A stretch of 64,000 nt of DNA from Laetmonice hystrix (lineage: Eukaryota), in the NCBI GenBank assembly GCA_965235115.1, contig OZ249436.1, forward strand, positions 434,001-498,000, in the 5' to 3' direction. The notes below the pieces were generated by a model. It saw nothing but the letters and a program-made list of their open reading frames with translations, was not told the origin of the DNA and did not search any database. Below are positions 25,882 to 41,000 of the stretch, piece after piece. The position numbers and the translations under genes are program-made. Numbering within the stretch: the stretch's first letter is position 1; each line of letters starts with the position of its first letter.

Positions 25882-27592
25882 ATACACAGAGATGTTGCAC
25901 GCAGAAAATACCAGGGTGCAGCGCAGCTCCACTGAAGCGTGACGGCGGCGCTGACTGCACTGCCGCCTTCCGTCCGGCGGTGGAATCACCACGTACACCT
26001 GCCGGGCTGGCAGGCACCTGTGGCTCTTAGGCGAGAGACAGGTTAAAGCAACGATAAGCGAAAAATGGGGTAGTCAAATTGAAACTACGCACCCCAAAAT
26101 TATTATTCTTAGGCCAGATGTATAACTGTCAAGCGCATAGGTCTCGTACGTTCGCTAGAGATATATGGTTGTGATGTGTACAATTCCCATTTGAGTATCT
26201 TCTCCAGATTTTAACATTAGATGCTCCTCGCCAGTACCTTTGATTTCCACTACCTCAATGTAGTGTCTGCATGGCTACTATAGGCCAGCCGGTAAGATTT
26301 AGGGACTTCTCACTCTACTGGTGGCCTCCCACACTACTTGCCCTACAGTGTACTGTTTGGCCTAACTGTACACTTTGGCCTCACTGTAGTGTTCGCTTGG
26401 GTGCTAGGCCAGCCAGTAATACCTTGTAGGGATTCCTGCCTATACTGTTTGGCCTCCCTGTACCGTTTGCTTGTATACAAGAGTTGCCAGTAGTATAGGG
26501 ACGCCTCATGTTTCATGTTTCCATGCCTTTATTGTCCAGGAGGCAGGCCATACGTTTCGTCTATCATCTACTTCCATCTAATCTGTGTCCCCTACAGACC
26601 ATCTGTAAGCGTCCGACAACGTTGTCAGGTCGTCCCAATGACTGTTTGCCGTAAGAGTTTAGTTAACAAGTGCAAATGACGTTGTACGCCTTTTCTATAT
26701 CAGATATCCCATCCCCAAGTAACAAAGAAAGAAAGAATACACAGAGATGTTGCAGGCAGAAAACACCAGGGTGCAGCGCAGTTCCACTGAAGCGCGACGG
26801 CGGCGCTGAATGCACTGCCGCCTTCCGGCCAGAGGTGGAATCACCACGTACACCCGCCGGGCTGGCAGGCACCTGTGGCTCTTAGGCAGGAGACAGGTTA
26901 AAGCAATGATAAGCGAAAAATGGCTACATTTTTGGTACGTCAGATTGAAACTACGCACCCCAAAATTATTATTCTTTGGCCAGATGTATAACTGTCAAAC
27001 GTATAGGTCTCGTACGTTCGCTACTGATATATGGTTCTGATGTGTACACTTTTCATTTGAGTATCTTCTCCAGATTTTAACATTAGATGCTCCTCGCCTG
27101 GAACCTTTCATTGCCGCTACCTCACTGTAGTGTCTGCATGGCTACTATACGCCAGCCGGTAAGATTTAGGGACTTCTCACTCTACTGGTTGTCCTCCCAC
27201 ACAACTTGCCCCACAGTGTACTATTTGGCCTCACTGTACACTTTGGCCTCACTGTAGTGTTCGCTTGGATGCTAGGCCAGCCAGTAATACCTTGTAGGGA
27301 TTCCTGCTTGTACTGTTTGGCCTCCCTGTACCGTTTGCTTGTATACAAGAGTTGCCAGTAGTATAGGGACGCCTCATGTTTCCTGTTTCCATGCCTTTAT
27401 TGTCCAGGAGGCAGGCCATACGTTTCGTCTATCATCTACTTCCATCTAATCTGTGTCCCCTACAGACCATCTGTAAGCGTCCGACAACGTTGTCAGGTCG
27501 TCCCAATGATTGTTTGCCGTAAAGGTTTAGTTAACAATGGCAAATGGCGTTGTACGCCTTTTCTATATCAGATATCCCATCCCCAAGTAACA

Positions 27593-27624
<32 letters not shown>

Positions 27625-30600
27625 ATACACAGAGATGTTGCACGCAGAAAACACCAGGGTGCAGCGCAGCTCCACTGAAGCGCGACGGCGGCGCTGACTG
27701 CACTGCCGCCTTCCGTCCGGCGGTGGAATCACCACGTACACCTGCCGGGCTGGCAGGCACCTGTGGCTCTTAGGCGAGAGACAGGTTAAAGCAATGATAA
27801 GCGAAAAATGGCTACATTTTTGGTACGTCAATTTGAAACTAGGCACCCCAAAATTATTATTCTTTGGCCAGATGTATAACTGTCAAACGTATAGGTCTCG
27901 TACGTTCGCTACAGATATATGGTTGTGATGTGTATACTTCTCATTTGAGTATCTTCTCCAGATTTTAACATTAGATGCTCCTGGCCTGGAACCTTTCATT
28001 GCCGCTACCTCACTGTAGTGTCTGCATGGCTACTATAGGCCAGCCGGTAAGATTTAGGGACTTCTCACTCTACTGGTTGGCCTCCCAGACAACTTGCCCC
28101 ACAGTGTACTGTTTGGCCTCACTGTACACTTTGGCCTCACTGTAGTGTTCGCTTGGATGCTAGGCCAGCCAGTAATACCTTGTAGGGATTCCTGCTTGTA
28201 CTGTTTGGCCTCCCTGTACCGTTTGCTTGTATACAAGAGTTGCCAGTAGTATAGGGACGCCTCATGTTTCCTGTTTCCATGCCTTTATTGTCCAGGAGGC
28301 AGGCCATACGTTTCGTCTATCATCTACTTCCATCTAATCTGTGTCCCCTACAGACCATCTGTAAGCGTCCGACAACGTTGTCAGGTCGTCCCAATGATTG
28401 TTTGCCGTAAAGGTTTAGTTAACAATGGCAAATGGCGTTGTACGCCTTTTCTATATCAGATATCCCATCCCCAAGTAACAAAGAAAGAAAGAAAGAAAGA
28501 AAGAAAGAATACACAGAGATGTTGCACGCAGAAAACACCAGGGTGCAGCGCAGCTCCACTGAAGCGCGACGGCGGCGCTGACTGCACTGCCGCCTTCCGT
28601 CCGGCGGTGGAATCACCACGTACACCTGCCGGGCTGGCAGGCACCTGTGGCTCTTAGGCGAGAGACAGGTTAAAGCAATGATAAGCGAAAAATGGCTACA
28701 TTTTTGGTACGTCAATTTGAAACTAGGCACCCCAAAATTATTATTCTTTGGCCAGATGTATAACTGTCAAACGTATAGGTCTCGTACGTTCGCTACAGAT
28801 ATATGGTTGTGATGTGTATACTTCTCATTTGAGTATCTTCTCCAGATTTTAACATTAGATGCTCCTGGCCTGGAACCTTTCATTGCCGCTACCTCACTGT
28901 AGTGTCTGCATGGCTACTATAGGCCAGCCGGTAAGATTTAGGGACTTCTCACTCTACTGGTTGGCCTCCCAGACAACTTGCCCCACAGTGTACTGTTTGG
29001 CCTCACTGTACACTTTGGCCTCACTGTAGTGTTCGCTTGGATGCTAGGCCAGCCAGTAATACCTTGTAGGGATTCCTGCCTGTACTGTTTGGCCTCCCTA
29101 TACCGTTTGCTTGTATGCAAGAGTTGCCAGTAGTATAGGGACGCCTCATGTTTCATGTTTCCATGCCTTTATTGTCCAGGAGGCAGGCCATACGTTTCGT
29201 CTATCATCTACTTCCATCTAATCTGTGTCCCCTACAGACCATCTGTAAGCGTCCGACAACGTTGTCAGGTCGTCCCAATGATTGTTTGCCGTAAAGGTTT
29301 AGTTAACAATGGCAAATGACGTTGTACGCCTTTTCTATATCAGATATCTCATCCCCAAGTACCAAAGAAAGAAAGAAAGAAAGAAAGAAAGAATACACAG
29401 AGATGTTGCACGCAGAAAACACCAGGGTGCAGCGCAGCTCCACTGAAGCGTGACGGCGGCGCTGACTGCACTGCCGCCTTCCGTCCGGCGGTGGAATCAC
29501 CACGTACACCTGCCGGGCTGGCAGGCACCTGTGGCTCTTAGGCGAGAGACAGGTTAAAGCAACGATAAGCGAAAAATGGGGTAGTCAAATTGAAACTACG
29601 CACCCCAAAATTATTATTCTTAGGCCAGATGTATAACTGTCAAGCGCATAGGTCTCGTACGTTCGCTAGAGATATATGGTTGTGATGTGTACAATTCCCA
29701 TTTGAGTATCTTCTCCAGATTTTAACATTAGATGCTCCTCGCCAGTACCTTTGATTTCCACTACCTCAATGTAGTGTCTGCATGGCTACTATAGGCCAGC
29801 CGGTAAGATTTAGGGACTTCTCACTCTACTGGTGGCCTCCCACACTACTTGCCCTACAGTGTACTGTTTGGCCTAACTGTACACTTTGGCCTCACTGTAG
29901 TGTTCGCTTGGGTGCTAGGCCAGCCAGTAATACCTTGTAGGGATTCCTGCCTATACTGTTTGGCCTCCCTGTACCGTTTGCTTGTATACAAGAGTTGCCA
30001 GTAGTATAGGGACGCCTCATGTTTCATGTTTCCATGCCTTTATTGTCCAGGAGGCAGGCCATACGTTTCGTCTATCATCTACTTCCATCTAATCTGTGTC
30101 CCCTACAGACCATCTGTAAGCGTCCGACAACGTTGTCAGGTCGTCCCAATGACTGTTTGCCGTAAGAGTTTAGTTAACAAGTGCAAATGACGTTGTACGC
30201 CTTTTCTATATCAGATATCCCATCCCCAAGTAACAAAGAAAGAAAGAATACACAGAGATGTTGCAGGCAGAAAACACCAGGGTGCAGCGCAGTTCCACTA
30301 AAGCGCGACGGCGGCGCTGAATGCACTGCCGCCTTCCGGCCAGAGGTGGAATCACCACGTACACCCGCCGGGCTGGCAGGCACCTGTGGCTCTTAGGCAG
30401 GAGACAGGTTAAAGCAATGATAAGCGAAAAATGGCTACATTTTTGGTACGTCAGATTGAAACTACGCACCCCAAAATTATTATTCTTTGGCCAGATGTAT
30501 AACTGTCAAACGTATAGGTCTCGTACGTTCGCTACTGATATATGGTTCTGATGTGTACACTTTTCATTTGAGTATCTTCTCCAGATTTTAACATTAGATG

Positions 30601-33600
30601 CTCCTCGCCTGGAACCTTTCATTGCCGCTACCTCACTGTAGTGTCTGCATGGCTACTATACGCCAGCCGGTAAGATTTAGGGACTTCTCACTCTACTGGT
30701 TGTCCTCCCACACAACTTGCCCCACAGTGTACTATTTGGCCTCACTGTACACTTTGGCCTCACTGTAGTGTTCGCTTGGATGCTAGGCCAGCCAGTAATA
30801 CCTTGTAGGGATTCCTGCTTGTACTGTTTGGCCTCCCTGTACCGTTTGCTTGTATACAAGAGTTGCCAGTAGTATAGGGACGCCTCATGTTTCCTGTTTC
30901 CATGCCTTTATTGTCCAGGAGGCAGGCCATACGTTTCGTCTATCATCTACTTCCATCTAATCTGTGTCCCCTACAGACCATCTGTAAGCGTCCGACAACG
31001 TTGTCAGGTCGTCCCAATGATTGTTTGCCGTAAAGGTTTAGTTAACAATGGCAAATGGCGTTGTACGCCTTTTCTATATCAGATATCCCATCCCCAAGTA
31101 ACAAAGAAAGAAAGAAAGAAAGAAAGAATACACAGAGATGTTGCACGCAGAAAACACCAGGGTGCAGCGCAGCTCCACTGAAGCGCGACGGCGGCGCTGA
31201 CTGCACTGCCGCCTTCCGTCCGGCGGTGGAATCACCACGTACACCTGCCGGGCTGGCAGGCACCTGTGGCTCTTAGGCGAGAGACAGGTTAAAGCAATGA
31301 TAAGCGAAAAATGGCTACATTTTTGGTACGTCAATTTGAAACTAGGCACCCCAAAATTATTATTCTTTGGCCAGATGTATAACTGTCAAACGTATAGGTC
31401 TCGTACGTTCGCTACAGATATATGGTTGTGATGTGTATACTTCTCATTTGAGTATCTTCTCCAGATTTTAACATTAGATGCTCCTGGCCTGGAACCTTTC
31501 ATTGCCGCTACCTCACTGTAGTGTCTGCATGGCTACTATAGGCCAGCCGGTAAGATTTAGGGACTTCTCACTCTACTGGTTGGCCTCCCAGACAACTTGC
31601 CCCACAGTGTACTGTTTGGCCTCACTGTACACTTTGGCCTCACTGTAGTGTTCGCTTGGATGCTAGGCCAGCCAGTAATACCTTGTAGGGATTCCTGCCT
31701 GTACTGTTTGGCCTCCCTGTACCGTTTGCTTGTATGCAAGAGTTGCCAGTAGTATAGGGACGCCTCATGTTTCATGTTTCCATGCCTTTATTGTCCAGGA
31801 GGCAGGCCATACGTTTCGTCTATCATCTACTTCCATCTAATCTGTGTCCCCTACAGACCATCTGTAAGCGTCCGACATCGTTGTCAGGTCGTCCCAATGA
31901 TTGTTTGCCGTAAAGGTTTAGTTAACAATGGCAAATGACGTTGTACGCCTTTTCTATATCAGATATCTCATCCCCAAGTACCAAAGAAAGAAAGAAAGAA
32001 AGAAAGAAAGAATACACAGAGATGTTGCACGCAGAAAACACCAGGGTGCAGCGCAGCTCCACTGAAGCGTGACGGCGGCGCTGACTGCACTGCCGCCTTC
32101 CGTCCGGCGGTGGAATCACCACGTACACCTGCCGGGCTGGCAGGCACCTGTGGCTCTTAGGCGAGAGACAGGTTAAAGCAACGATAAGCGAAAAATGGGG
32201 TAGTCAAATTGAAACTACGCACCCCAAAATTATTATTCTTAGGCCAGATGTATAACTGTCAAGCGCATAGGTCTCGTACGTTCGCTAGAGATATATGGTT
32301 GTGATGTGTACAATTCCCATTTGAGTATCTTCTCCAGATTTTAACATTAGATGCTCCTCGCCAGTACCTTTGATTTCCACTACCTCAATGTAGTGTCTGC
32401 ATGGCTACTATAGGCCAGCCGGTAAGATTTAGGGACTTCTCACTCTACTGGTGGCCTCCCACACTACTTGCCCTACAGTGTACTGTTTGGCCTAACTGTA
32501 CACTTTGGCCTCACTGTAGTGTTCGCTTGGGTGCTAGGCCAGCCAGTAATACCTTGTAGGGATTCCTGCCTATACTGTTTGGCCTCCCTGTACCGTTTGC
32601 TTGTATACAAGAGTTGCCAGTAGTATAGGGACGCCTCATGTTTCATGTTTCCATGCCTTTATTGTCCAGGAGGCAGGCCATACGTTTCGTCTATCATCTA
32701 CTTCCATCTAATCTGTGTCCCCTACAGACCATCTGTAAGCGTCCGACAACGTTGTCAGGTCGTCCCAATGACTGTTTGCCGTAAGAGTTTAGTTAACAAG
32801 TGCAAATGACGTTGTACGCCTTTTCTATATCAGATATCCCATCCCCAAGTAACAAAGAAAGAAAGAATACACAGAGATGTTGCAGGCAGAAAACACCAGG
32901 GTGCAGCGCAGTTCCACTGAAGCGCGACGGCGGCGCTGCCTGCACTGCCGCCTTTCGGCCAGCGGTGGAATCACCACGTACACCTGCCGGGCTGGCAGGC
33001 ACCTGTGGCTCTTAGGCGATAGACAGGTTAAAGCAATGATAAGCGAAAAATGGCTACATTTTTGGTACGTCAATTTGAAACTAGGCACCCCAAAATTATT
33101 ATTCTTTGGCCAGATGTATAACTGTTAAACGTATAGGTCTCGTACGTTCGCTACAGATATATGGTTGTGATGTGTATACTTCTCATTTGAGTATCTTCTC
33201 CAGATTTTAACATTAGATGCTCCTCGCCTGGAACCTTTCATTGCCGCTACCTCACTGTAGTGTCTGCATGGCTACTATAGGCCAGCCGGTAAGATTTAGG
33301 GACTTCTCACTCTACTGGTTGGCCTCTCAGACAACTTGCCCCACAGTGTACTGTTTGGCCTCACTGTACACGTTGGCCTCACTGTAGTGTTCGCTTGGAT
33401 GCCAGGCCAGCCAGTAATACCTTGTAGGGATTCCTACCTGTACTGTTTGGCCTCCCTGTACCGTTTGCTTGTATGCAAGAGTTGCCAATAGTATAGGGAC
33501 GCCTCATGTTTCATGTTTCCATGCCTTTATTGTCCAGGAGGCAGGCCATACGTTTCGTCTATCATCTACTTCCATCTAATCTGTGTCCCCTACAGACCAT

Positions 33601-35033
33601 CTGTAAGCGTCCGACAACGTTGTCAGGTCGTCCCAATGATTGTTTGCCGTAAAGGTTTAGTTAACAATGGCAAATGACGTTGTACGCCTTTTCTATATCA
33701 GATATCTCATCCCCAAGTACCAAAGAAAGAGAGAAAGAAAGAAAGAATACACAGAGATGTTGCACGCAGAAAACACCAGGGTGCAGCGCAGCTCCACTGA
33801 AGCGCGACGGCGGCGCTGACTGCACTGCCGCCTTCCGTCCGGCGGTGGAATCACCACGTACACCTGCCGGGCTGGCAAGCACCTGTGGCTCTTAGGCGAG
33901 AGACAGGTTAAAGCAATGATAAGCGAAAAATGGGGTAGTCAAATTGAAACTACGCACCCGAAAATTATTATTCTTAGGCCAGATGTATAACTGTCAAGCG
34001 TATAGGTCTCGTACGTTCGCTACAGATATATGGTTGTGATGTGTACACTTCCCATTTGAGTATCTTCTCCAGATTTTAACATTAGATGCTCCTCGCCTGG
34101 AACCTTTCATTGCCGCTCCCTCACTGTAGTGTCTGTATGGCTACTATACGCCAGCCGGTAAGATTTAGGGACTTCTCACTCTACTGGTTGGCCTCCCACA
34201 CAACTGGCCCCACAGTGTACTGTTTGGCCTCACTGTACACTTTGGCCTCACTCTAGTGTTCGCTTGGATGCTAGGCCAGCCAGTAATACCTTGTAGGGAT
34301 TCCTACCTGTACTGTTTGGCCTCCCTGTACCGTTTGCTTGTATGCAAGAGTTGCCAATAGTATAGGGACGCCTCATGTTTCATGTTTCCATGCCTTTATT
34401 GTCCAGGAGGCAGGCCATACGTTTCGTCTATCATCTACTTCCATCTAATCTGTGTCCCCTACAGACCATCTGTAAGCGTCCGACAACGTTGTCAGGTCGT
34501 CCCAATGATTGTTTGCCGTAAAGGTTTAGTTAACAATGGCAAATGACGTTGTACGCCTTTTCTATATCAGATATCTCATCCCCAAGTACCAAAGAAAGAG
34601 AGAAAGAAAGAAAGAATACACAGAGATGTTGCACGCAGAAAACACCAGGGTGCAGCGCAGCTCCACTGAAGCGCGACGGCGGCGCTGACTGCACTGCCGC
34701 CTTCCGTCCGGCGGTGGAATCACCACGTACACCTGCCGGGCTGGCAAGCACCTGTGGCTCTTAGGCGAGAGACAGGTTAAAGCAATGATAAGCGAAAAAT
34801 GGGGTAGTCAAATTGAAACTACGCACCCGAAAATTATTATTCTTAGGCCAGATGTATAACTGTCAAGCGTATAGGTCTCGTACGTTCGCTACAGATATAT
34901 GGTTGTGATGTGTACACTTCCCATTTGAGTATCTTCTCCAGATTTTAACATTAGATGCTCCTCGCCTGGAACCTTTCATTGCCGCTCCCTCACTGTAGTG
35001 TCTGTATGGCTACTATACGCCAGCCGGTAAGAT

Positions 35034-38000
35034 TTAGGGACTTCTCACTCTACTGGTTGGCCTCCCACACAACTGGCCCCACAGTGTACTGTTTGGCCTC
35101 ACTGTACACTTTGGCCTCACTCTAGTGTTCGCTTGGATGCTAGGCCAGCCAGTAATACCTTGTAGGGATTCCTGCCTATACTGTTTGGCCTCCCTGTACC
35201 GTTTGCTTGTATACAAGAGTTGCCGGTAGTATAGGGACGCCTCATGTTTCATGTTTCCATGCCTTTATTGTCCAGGAGGCAGGCCATACGTTTCGTCTAT
35301 CATCTACTTCCATCTAATCTGTGTCCCCTACAGACCATCTGTAAGCGTCCGACAACGTTGTCAGGTCGTCCCAATGATTGTTTGCCGTAAAGGTTTAGTT
35401 AACAATGGCAAATGGCGTTGTACGCCTTTTCTATATCAGATATCCCATCCCCAAGTAACAAAGAAGGAAAGAAAGAAAGAATACACAGAGATGTTGCAGG
35501 CAGAAAACACCAGGGTGCAGCGCAGCTCCACTGAAGCGCGACGGCGGCGCTGACTGCACTGCCGCCTTCCGTCCGGCGGTGGAATCACCACGTACACCTG
35601 CCGGGCTGGCAGGCACCTGTGGCTCTTAGGCGAGAGACAGGTTAAAGCAATGATAAACGAAAAATGGGGTAGTCAAATTGAAACTACGCACCCGAGAATT
35701 ATTATTCTTAGGCCAGATGTATAACTGTCAAGCGTATAGGGCTCGCCTGGAACCTTTCATTGCCGCTACCTCACTGTAGTGTCTGCATGGCTACTATACG
35801 CCAGCCGGTAAGATTTAGGGACTTCTCACTCTACTGGTTGTCCTCCCACACAACTTGCCCCACAGTGTACTGTTTGGCCTCACTGTACACTTTGGCCTCA
35901 CTGTAGTGTTCGCTTGGATGCTAGGCCAGCCAGTAATACCTTGTAGGGATTCCTGCTTGTACTGTTTGGCCTCCCTGTACCGTTTGCTTGTATACAAGAG
36001 TTGCCAGTTGTATAGGGACGCCTCATGTTTCCTGTTTCCATGCCTTTATTGTCCAGGAGGCAGGCCATACGTTTCGTCTATCATCTACTTCCATCTAATC
36101 TGTGTCCCCTACAGACCATCTGTAAGCGTCCGACATCGTTGTCAGGTCGTCCCAATGATTGTTTGCCGTAAAGGTTTAGTTAACAATGGCAAATGACGTT
36201 GTACGCCTTTTCTATATCAGATATCCTATCCCCAAGTAACAAAGAAAGAAAGAAAGAAAGAAAGAAAGAATACACAGAGATGTTGCAGGCAGAAAACACC
36301 AGGGTGCAGCGCAGTTCCACTGAAGCGCGACGGCGGCGCTGCCTGCACTGCCGCCTTTCGGCCAGCGGTGGAATCACCACGTACACCTGCCGGGCTGGCA
36401 GGCACCTGTGGCTCTTAGGCGATAGACAGGTTAAAGCAATGATAAGCGAAAAATGGCTACATTTTTGGTACGTCAATTTGAAACTAGGCACCCCAAAATT
36501 ATTATTCTTTGGCCAGATGTATAACTGTTAAACGTATAGGTCTCGTACGTTCGCTACAGATATATGGTTGTGATGTGTATACTTCTCATTTGAGTATCTT
36601 CTCCAGATTTTAACATTAGATGCTCCTCGCCTGGAACCTTTCATTGCCGCTACCTCACTGTAGTGTCTGCATGGCTACTATAGGCCAGCCGGTAAGATTT
36701 AGGGACTTCTCACTCTACTGGTTGGCCTCTCAGACAACTTGCCCCACAGTGTACTGTTTGGCCTCACTGTACACTTTGGCCTCACTGTAGTGTTCGCTTG
36801 GATGCCAGGCCAGCCAGTAATACCTTGTAGGGATTCCTGCCTATACTGTTTGGCCTCCCTGTACCGTTTGCTTGTATACAAGAGTTGCCAGTAGTATAGG
36901 GACGCCTCATGTTTCATGTTTCCATGCCTTTATTGTCCAGGAGGCAGGCCATACGTTTCGTCTATCATCTACTTCCATCTAATCTGTGTCCCCTACAGAC
37001 CATCTGTAAGCGTCCGACAACGTTGTCAGGTCGTCCCAATGATTGTTTGCCGTAAAGGTTTAGTTAACAATGGCAAATGGCGTTGTACGCCTGTTCTTTA
37101 TCAGATATCCCATCCCCAAGTAACAAAGAAGGAAAGAAAGAAAGAATACACAGAGATGTTGCAGGCAGAAAACACCAGGGTGCAGCGCAGCTCCACTGAA
37201 GCGCGACGGCGGCGCTGACTGCACTGCCGCCTTCCGTCCGGCGATGGAATCACCACGTACACCTGCCGGGCTGGCAGGCACCTGTGCCTCTTAGGCGAGA
37301 GACAGGTTAAAGCAATGATAAGCGAAAAATGGGGAAGTCAAATTGAAACTACGCACCCGAAAATTATTATTCTTAGGCCAGATGTATAACTGTCAAGCGT
37401 ATAGGGCTCGCCTGGAACCTTTCATTGCTGCTACCTCACTGTAGTGTCTGCATGGCTACAATAGGCCAGCCGGTAAGATTTAGGGACTTTTCACTCTACT
37501 GGTTGGCCTCCCACACAACTTGCCCCACAGTGTACTGTTTGGCCTCACTGTACACTTTGGCCTCACTGTAGTGTTCGCTTGGATGCTAGGCCAGCCAGTA
37601 ATACCTTGTAGGGATTCCTGCCTATACTGTTTGGCCTCCCTGTACCGTTTGCTTGTATACAAGAGTTGCCAGTAGTATAGGGACGCCTCATGTTTCATGT
37701 TTCCATGCCTTTATTGTCCAGGAGGCAGGCCATACGTTTCGTCTATCATCTACTTCCATCTAATCTGTGTCCCCTACAGACCATCTGTAAGCGTCCGACA
37801 ACGTTGTCAGGTCGTCCCAATGATTGTTTGCCGTAAAGGTTTAGTTAACAATGGCAAATGGCGTTGTACGCCTGTTCTTTATCAGATATCCCATCCCCAA
37901 GTAACAAAGAAGGAAAGAAAGAAAGAATACACAGAGATGTTGCAGGCAGAAAACACCAGGGTGCAGCGCAGCTCCACTGAAGCGCGACGGCGGCGCTGAC

Positions 38001-41000
38001 TGCACTGCCGCCTTCCGTCCGGCGATGGAATCACCACGTACACCTGCCGGGCTGGCAGGCACCTGTGCCTCTTAGGCGAGAGACAGGTTAAAGCAATGAT
38101 AAGCGAAAAATGGGGAAGTCAAATTGAAACTACGCACCCGAAAATTATTATTCTTAGGCCAGATGTATAACTGTCAAGCGTATAGGGCTCGCCTGGAACC
38201 TTTCATTGCTGCTACCTCACTGTAGTGTCTGCATGGCTACAATAGGCCAGCCGGTAAGATTTAGGGACTTTTCACTCTACTGGTTGGCCTCCCACACAAC
38301 TTGCCCCACAGTGTACTGTTTGGCCTCACTGTACACTTTGGCCTCACTGTAGTGTTCGCTTGGATGCTAGGCCAGCCAGTAATACCTTGTAGGGATTCAT
38401 GCCTGTACTGTTTGGCCTCCCTGTACCGTTTGCTTGTATACAAGAGTTGCCAGTAGTATAGGGACGCCTCATGTTTCATGTTTCCATGCCTTTATTGTCC
38501 AGGAGGCAGGCCATACGTTTCGTCTATCATCTACTTCCATCTAATCTGTGTCCCCTACAGACCATCTGTAAGCGTCCGACAACGTTGTCAGGTCGTCCCA
38601 ATGATTGTTTGCTGTAAAGGTTTAGTTAACAATGGCAAATGGCGTTGTACGCCTTTTCTATATCAGATATCCCATCCCCAAGTAACAAAGAAGGAAAGAA
38701 AGAAAGAATACACAGAGATGTTGCAGGCAGAAAACACCAGGGTGCAGCGCAGCTCCACTGAAGCGCGACGGCGGCGCTGACTGCACTGCCGCCTTCCGTC
38801 CGGCGGTGGAATCACCACGTACACCTGCCGGGCTGGCAGGCACCTGTGGCTCTTAGGCGCGAGACAGGTTAAAGCAATGATAAACGAAAAATGGGGTAGT
38901 CAAATTGAAACTACGCACCCGAAAATTATTATTCTTAGGCCAGATGTATAACTGTCAAGCGTATAGGTCTCGTACGTTCGCTACAGATATATGGTTGTGA
39001 TGTGTACACTTCCCATTTGAGTATCTTCTCCAGATTTTAACATTAGATGCTCCTGGCCTGGAACCTTTCATTGCCGCTACCTCACTGTAGTGTCTGCATG
39101 GCTACTATACGCCAGCCGGTAAGATTTAGGGACTTCTCACTCTACTGGTTGGCCTCCCACACAACTTGCCCCACAGTGTACTGTTTGGCCTCACTGTAGT
39201 GTTCGCTTGGATGCTAGGCCAGCCAGTAATACCTTGTAGGGATTCCTGCCTATACTGTTTGGCCTCCCTGTACCGTTTGCTTGTATACAAGAGTTGCCAG
39301 TAGTATAGGGACGCCTCATGTTTCATGTTTCCATGCCTTTATTGTCCAGGAGGCAGGCCATACGTTTCGTCTATCATCTACTTCCATCTAATCTGTGTCC
39401 CCTACAGACCATCTGTAAGCGTCCGACAACGTTGTCAGGTCGTCCCAATGATTGTTTGCCGTAAAGGTTTAGTTAACAATGGCAAATGGCGTTGTACGCC
39501 TTTTCTATATCAGATATCCCATCCCCAAGTAACAAAGAAGGAAAGAAAGAAAGAATACACAGAGATGTTGCAGGCAGAAAACACCAGGGTGCAGCGCAGC
39601 TCCACTGAAGCGCGACGGCGGCGCTGACTGCACTGCCGCCTTCCGTCCGGCGATGGAATCACCACGTACACCTGCCGGGCTGGCAGGCACCTGTGGCTCT
39701 TAGGCGAGAGACAGGTTAAAGCAATGATAAGCGAAAAATGGGGAAGTCAAATTGAAACTACGCACCCGAAAATTATTATTCTTAGGCCAGATGTATAACT
39801 GTCAAGCGTATAGGGCTCGCCTGGAACCTTTCATTGCTGCTACCTCACTGTAGTGTCTGCATGGCTACAATAGGCCAGCCGGTAAGATTTAGGGACTTTT
39901 CACTCTACTGGTTGGCCTCCCACACAACTTGCCCCACAGTGTACTGTTTGGCCTCACTGTACACTTTGGCCTCACTGTAGTGTTCGCTTGGATGCTAGGC
40001 CAGCCAGTAATACCTTGTAGGGATTCATGCCTGTACTGTTTGGCCTCCCTGTACCGTTTGCTTGTATACAAGAGTTGCCAGTAGTATAGGGACGCCTCAT
40101 GTTTCATGTTTCCATGCCTTTATTGTCCAGGAGGCAGGCCATACGTTTCGTCTATCATCTACTTCCATCTAATCTGTGTCCCCTACAGACCATCTGTAAG
40201 CGTCCGACAACGTTGTCAGGTCGTCCCAATGATTGTTTGCTGTAAAGGTTTAGTTAACAATGGCAAATGGCGTTGTACGCCTTTTCTATATCAGATATCC
40301 CATCCCCAAGTAACAAAGAAGGAAAGAAAGAAAGAATACACAGAGATGTTGCAGGCAGAAAACACCAGGGTGCAGCGCAGCTCCACTGAAGCGCGACGGC
40401 GGCGCTGACTGCACTGCCGCCTTCCGTCCGGCGGTGGAATCACCACGTACACCTGCCGGGCTGGCAGGCACCTGTGGCTCTTAGGCGCGAGACAGGTTAA
40501 AGCAATGATAAACGAAAAATGGGGTAGTCAAATTGAAACTACGCACCCGAAAATTATTATTCTTAGGCCAGATGTATAACTGTCAAGCGTATAGGTCTCG
40601 TACGTTCGCTACAGATATATGGTTGTGATGTGTACACTTCCCATTTGAGTATCTTCTCCAGATTTTAACATTAGATGCTCCTGGCCTGGAACCTTTCATT
40701 GCCGCTACCTCACTGTAGTGTCTGCATGGCTACTATACGCCAGCCGGTAAGATTTAGGGACTTCTCACTCTACTGGTTGGCCTCCCACACAACTTGCCCC
40801 ACAGTGTACTGTTTGGCCTCACTGTAGTGTTCGCTTGGATGCTAGGCCAGCCAGTAATACCTTGTAGGGATTCCTGCCTATACTGTTTGGCCTCCCTGTA
40901 CCGTTTGCTTGTATACAAGAGTTGCCAGTAGTATAGGGACGCCTCATGTTTCATGTTTCCATGCCTTTATTGTCCAGGAGGCAGGCCATACGTTTCGTCT

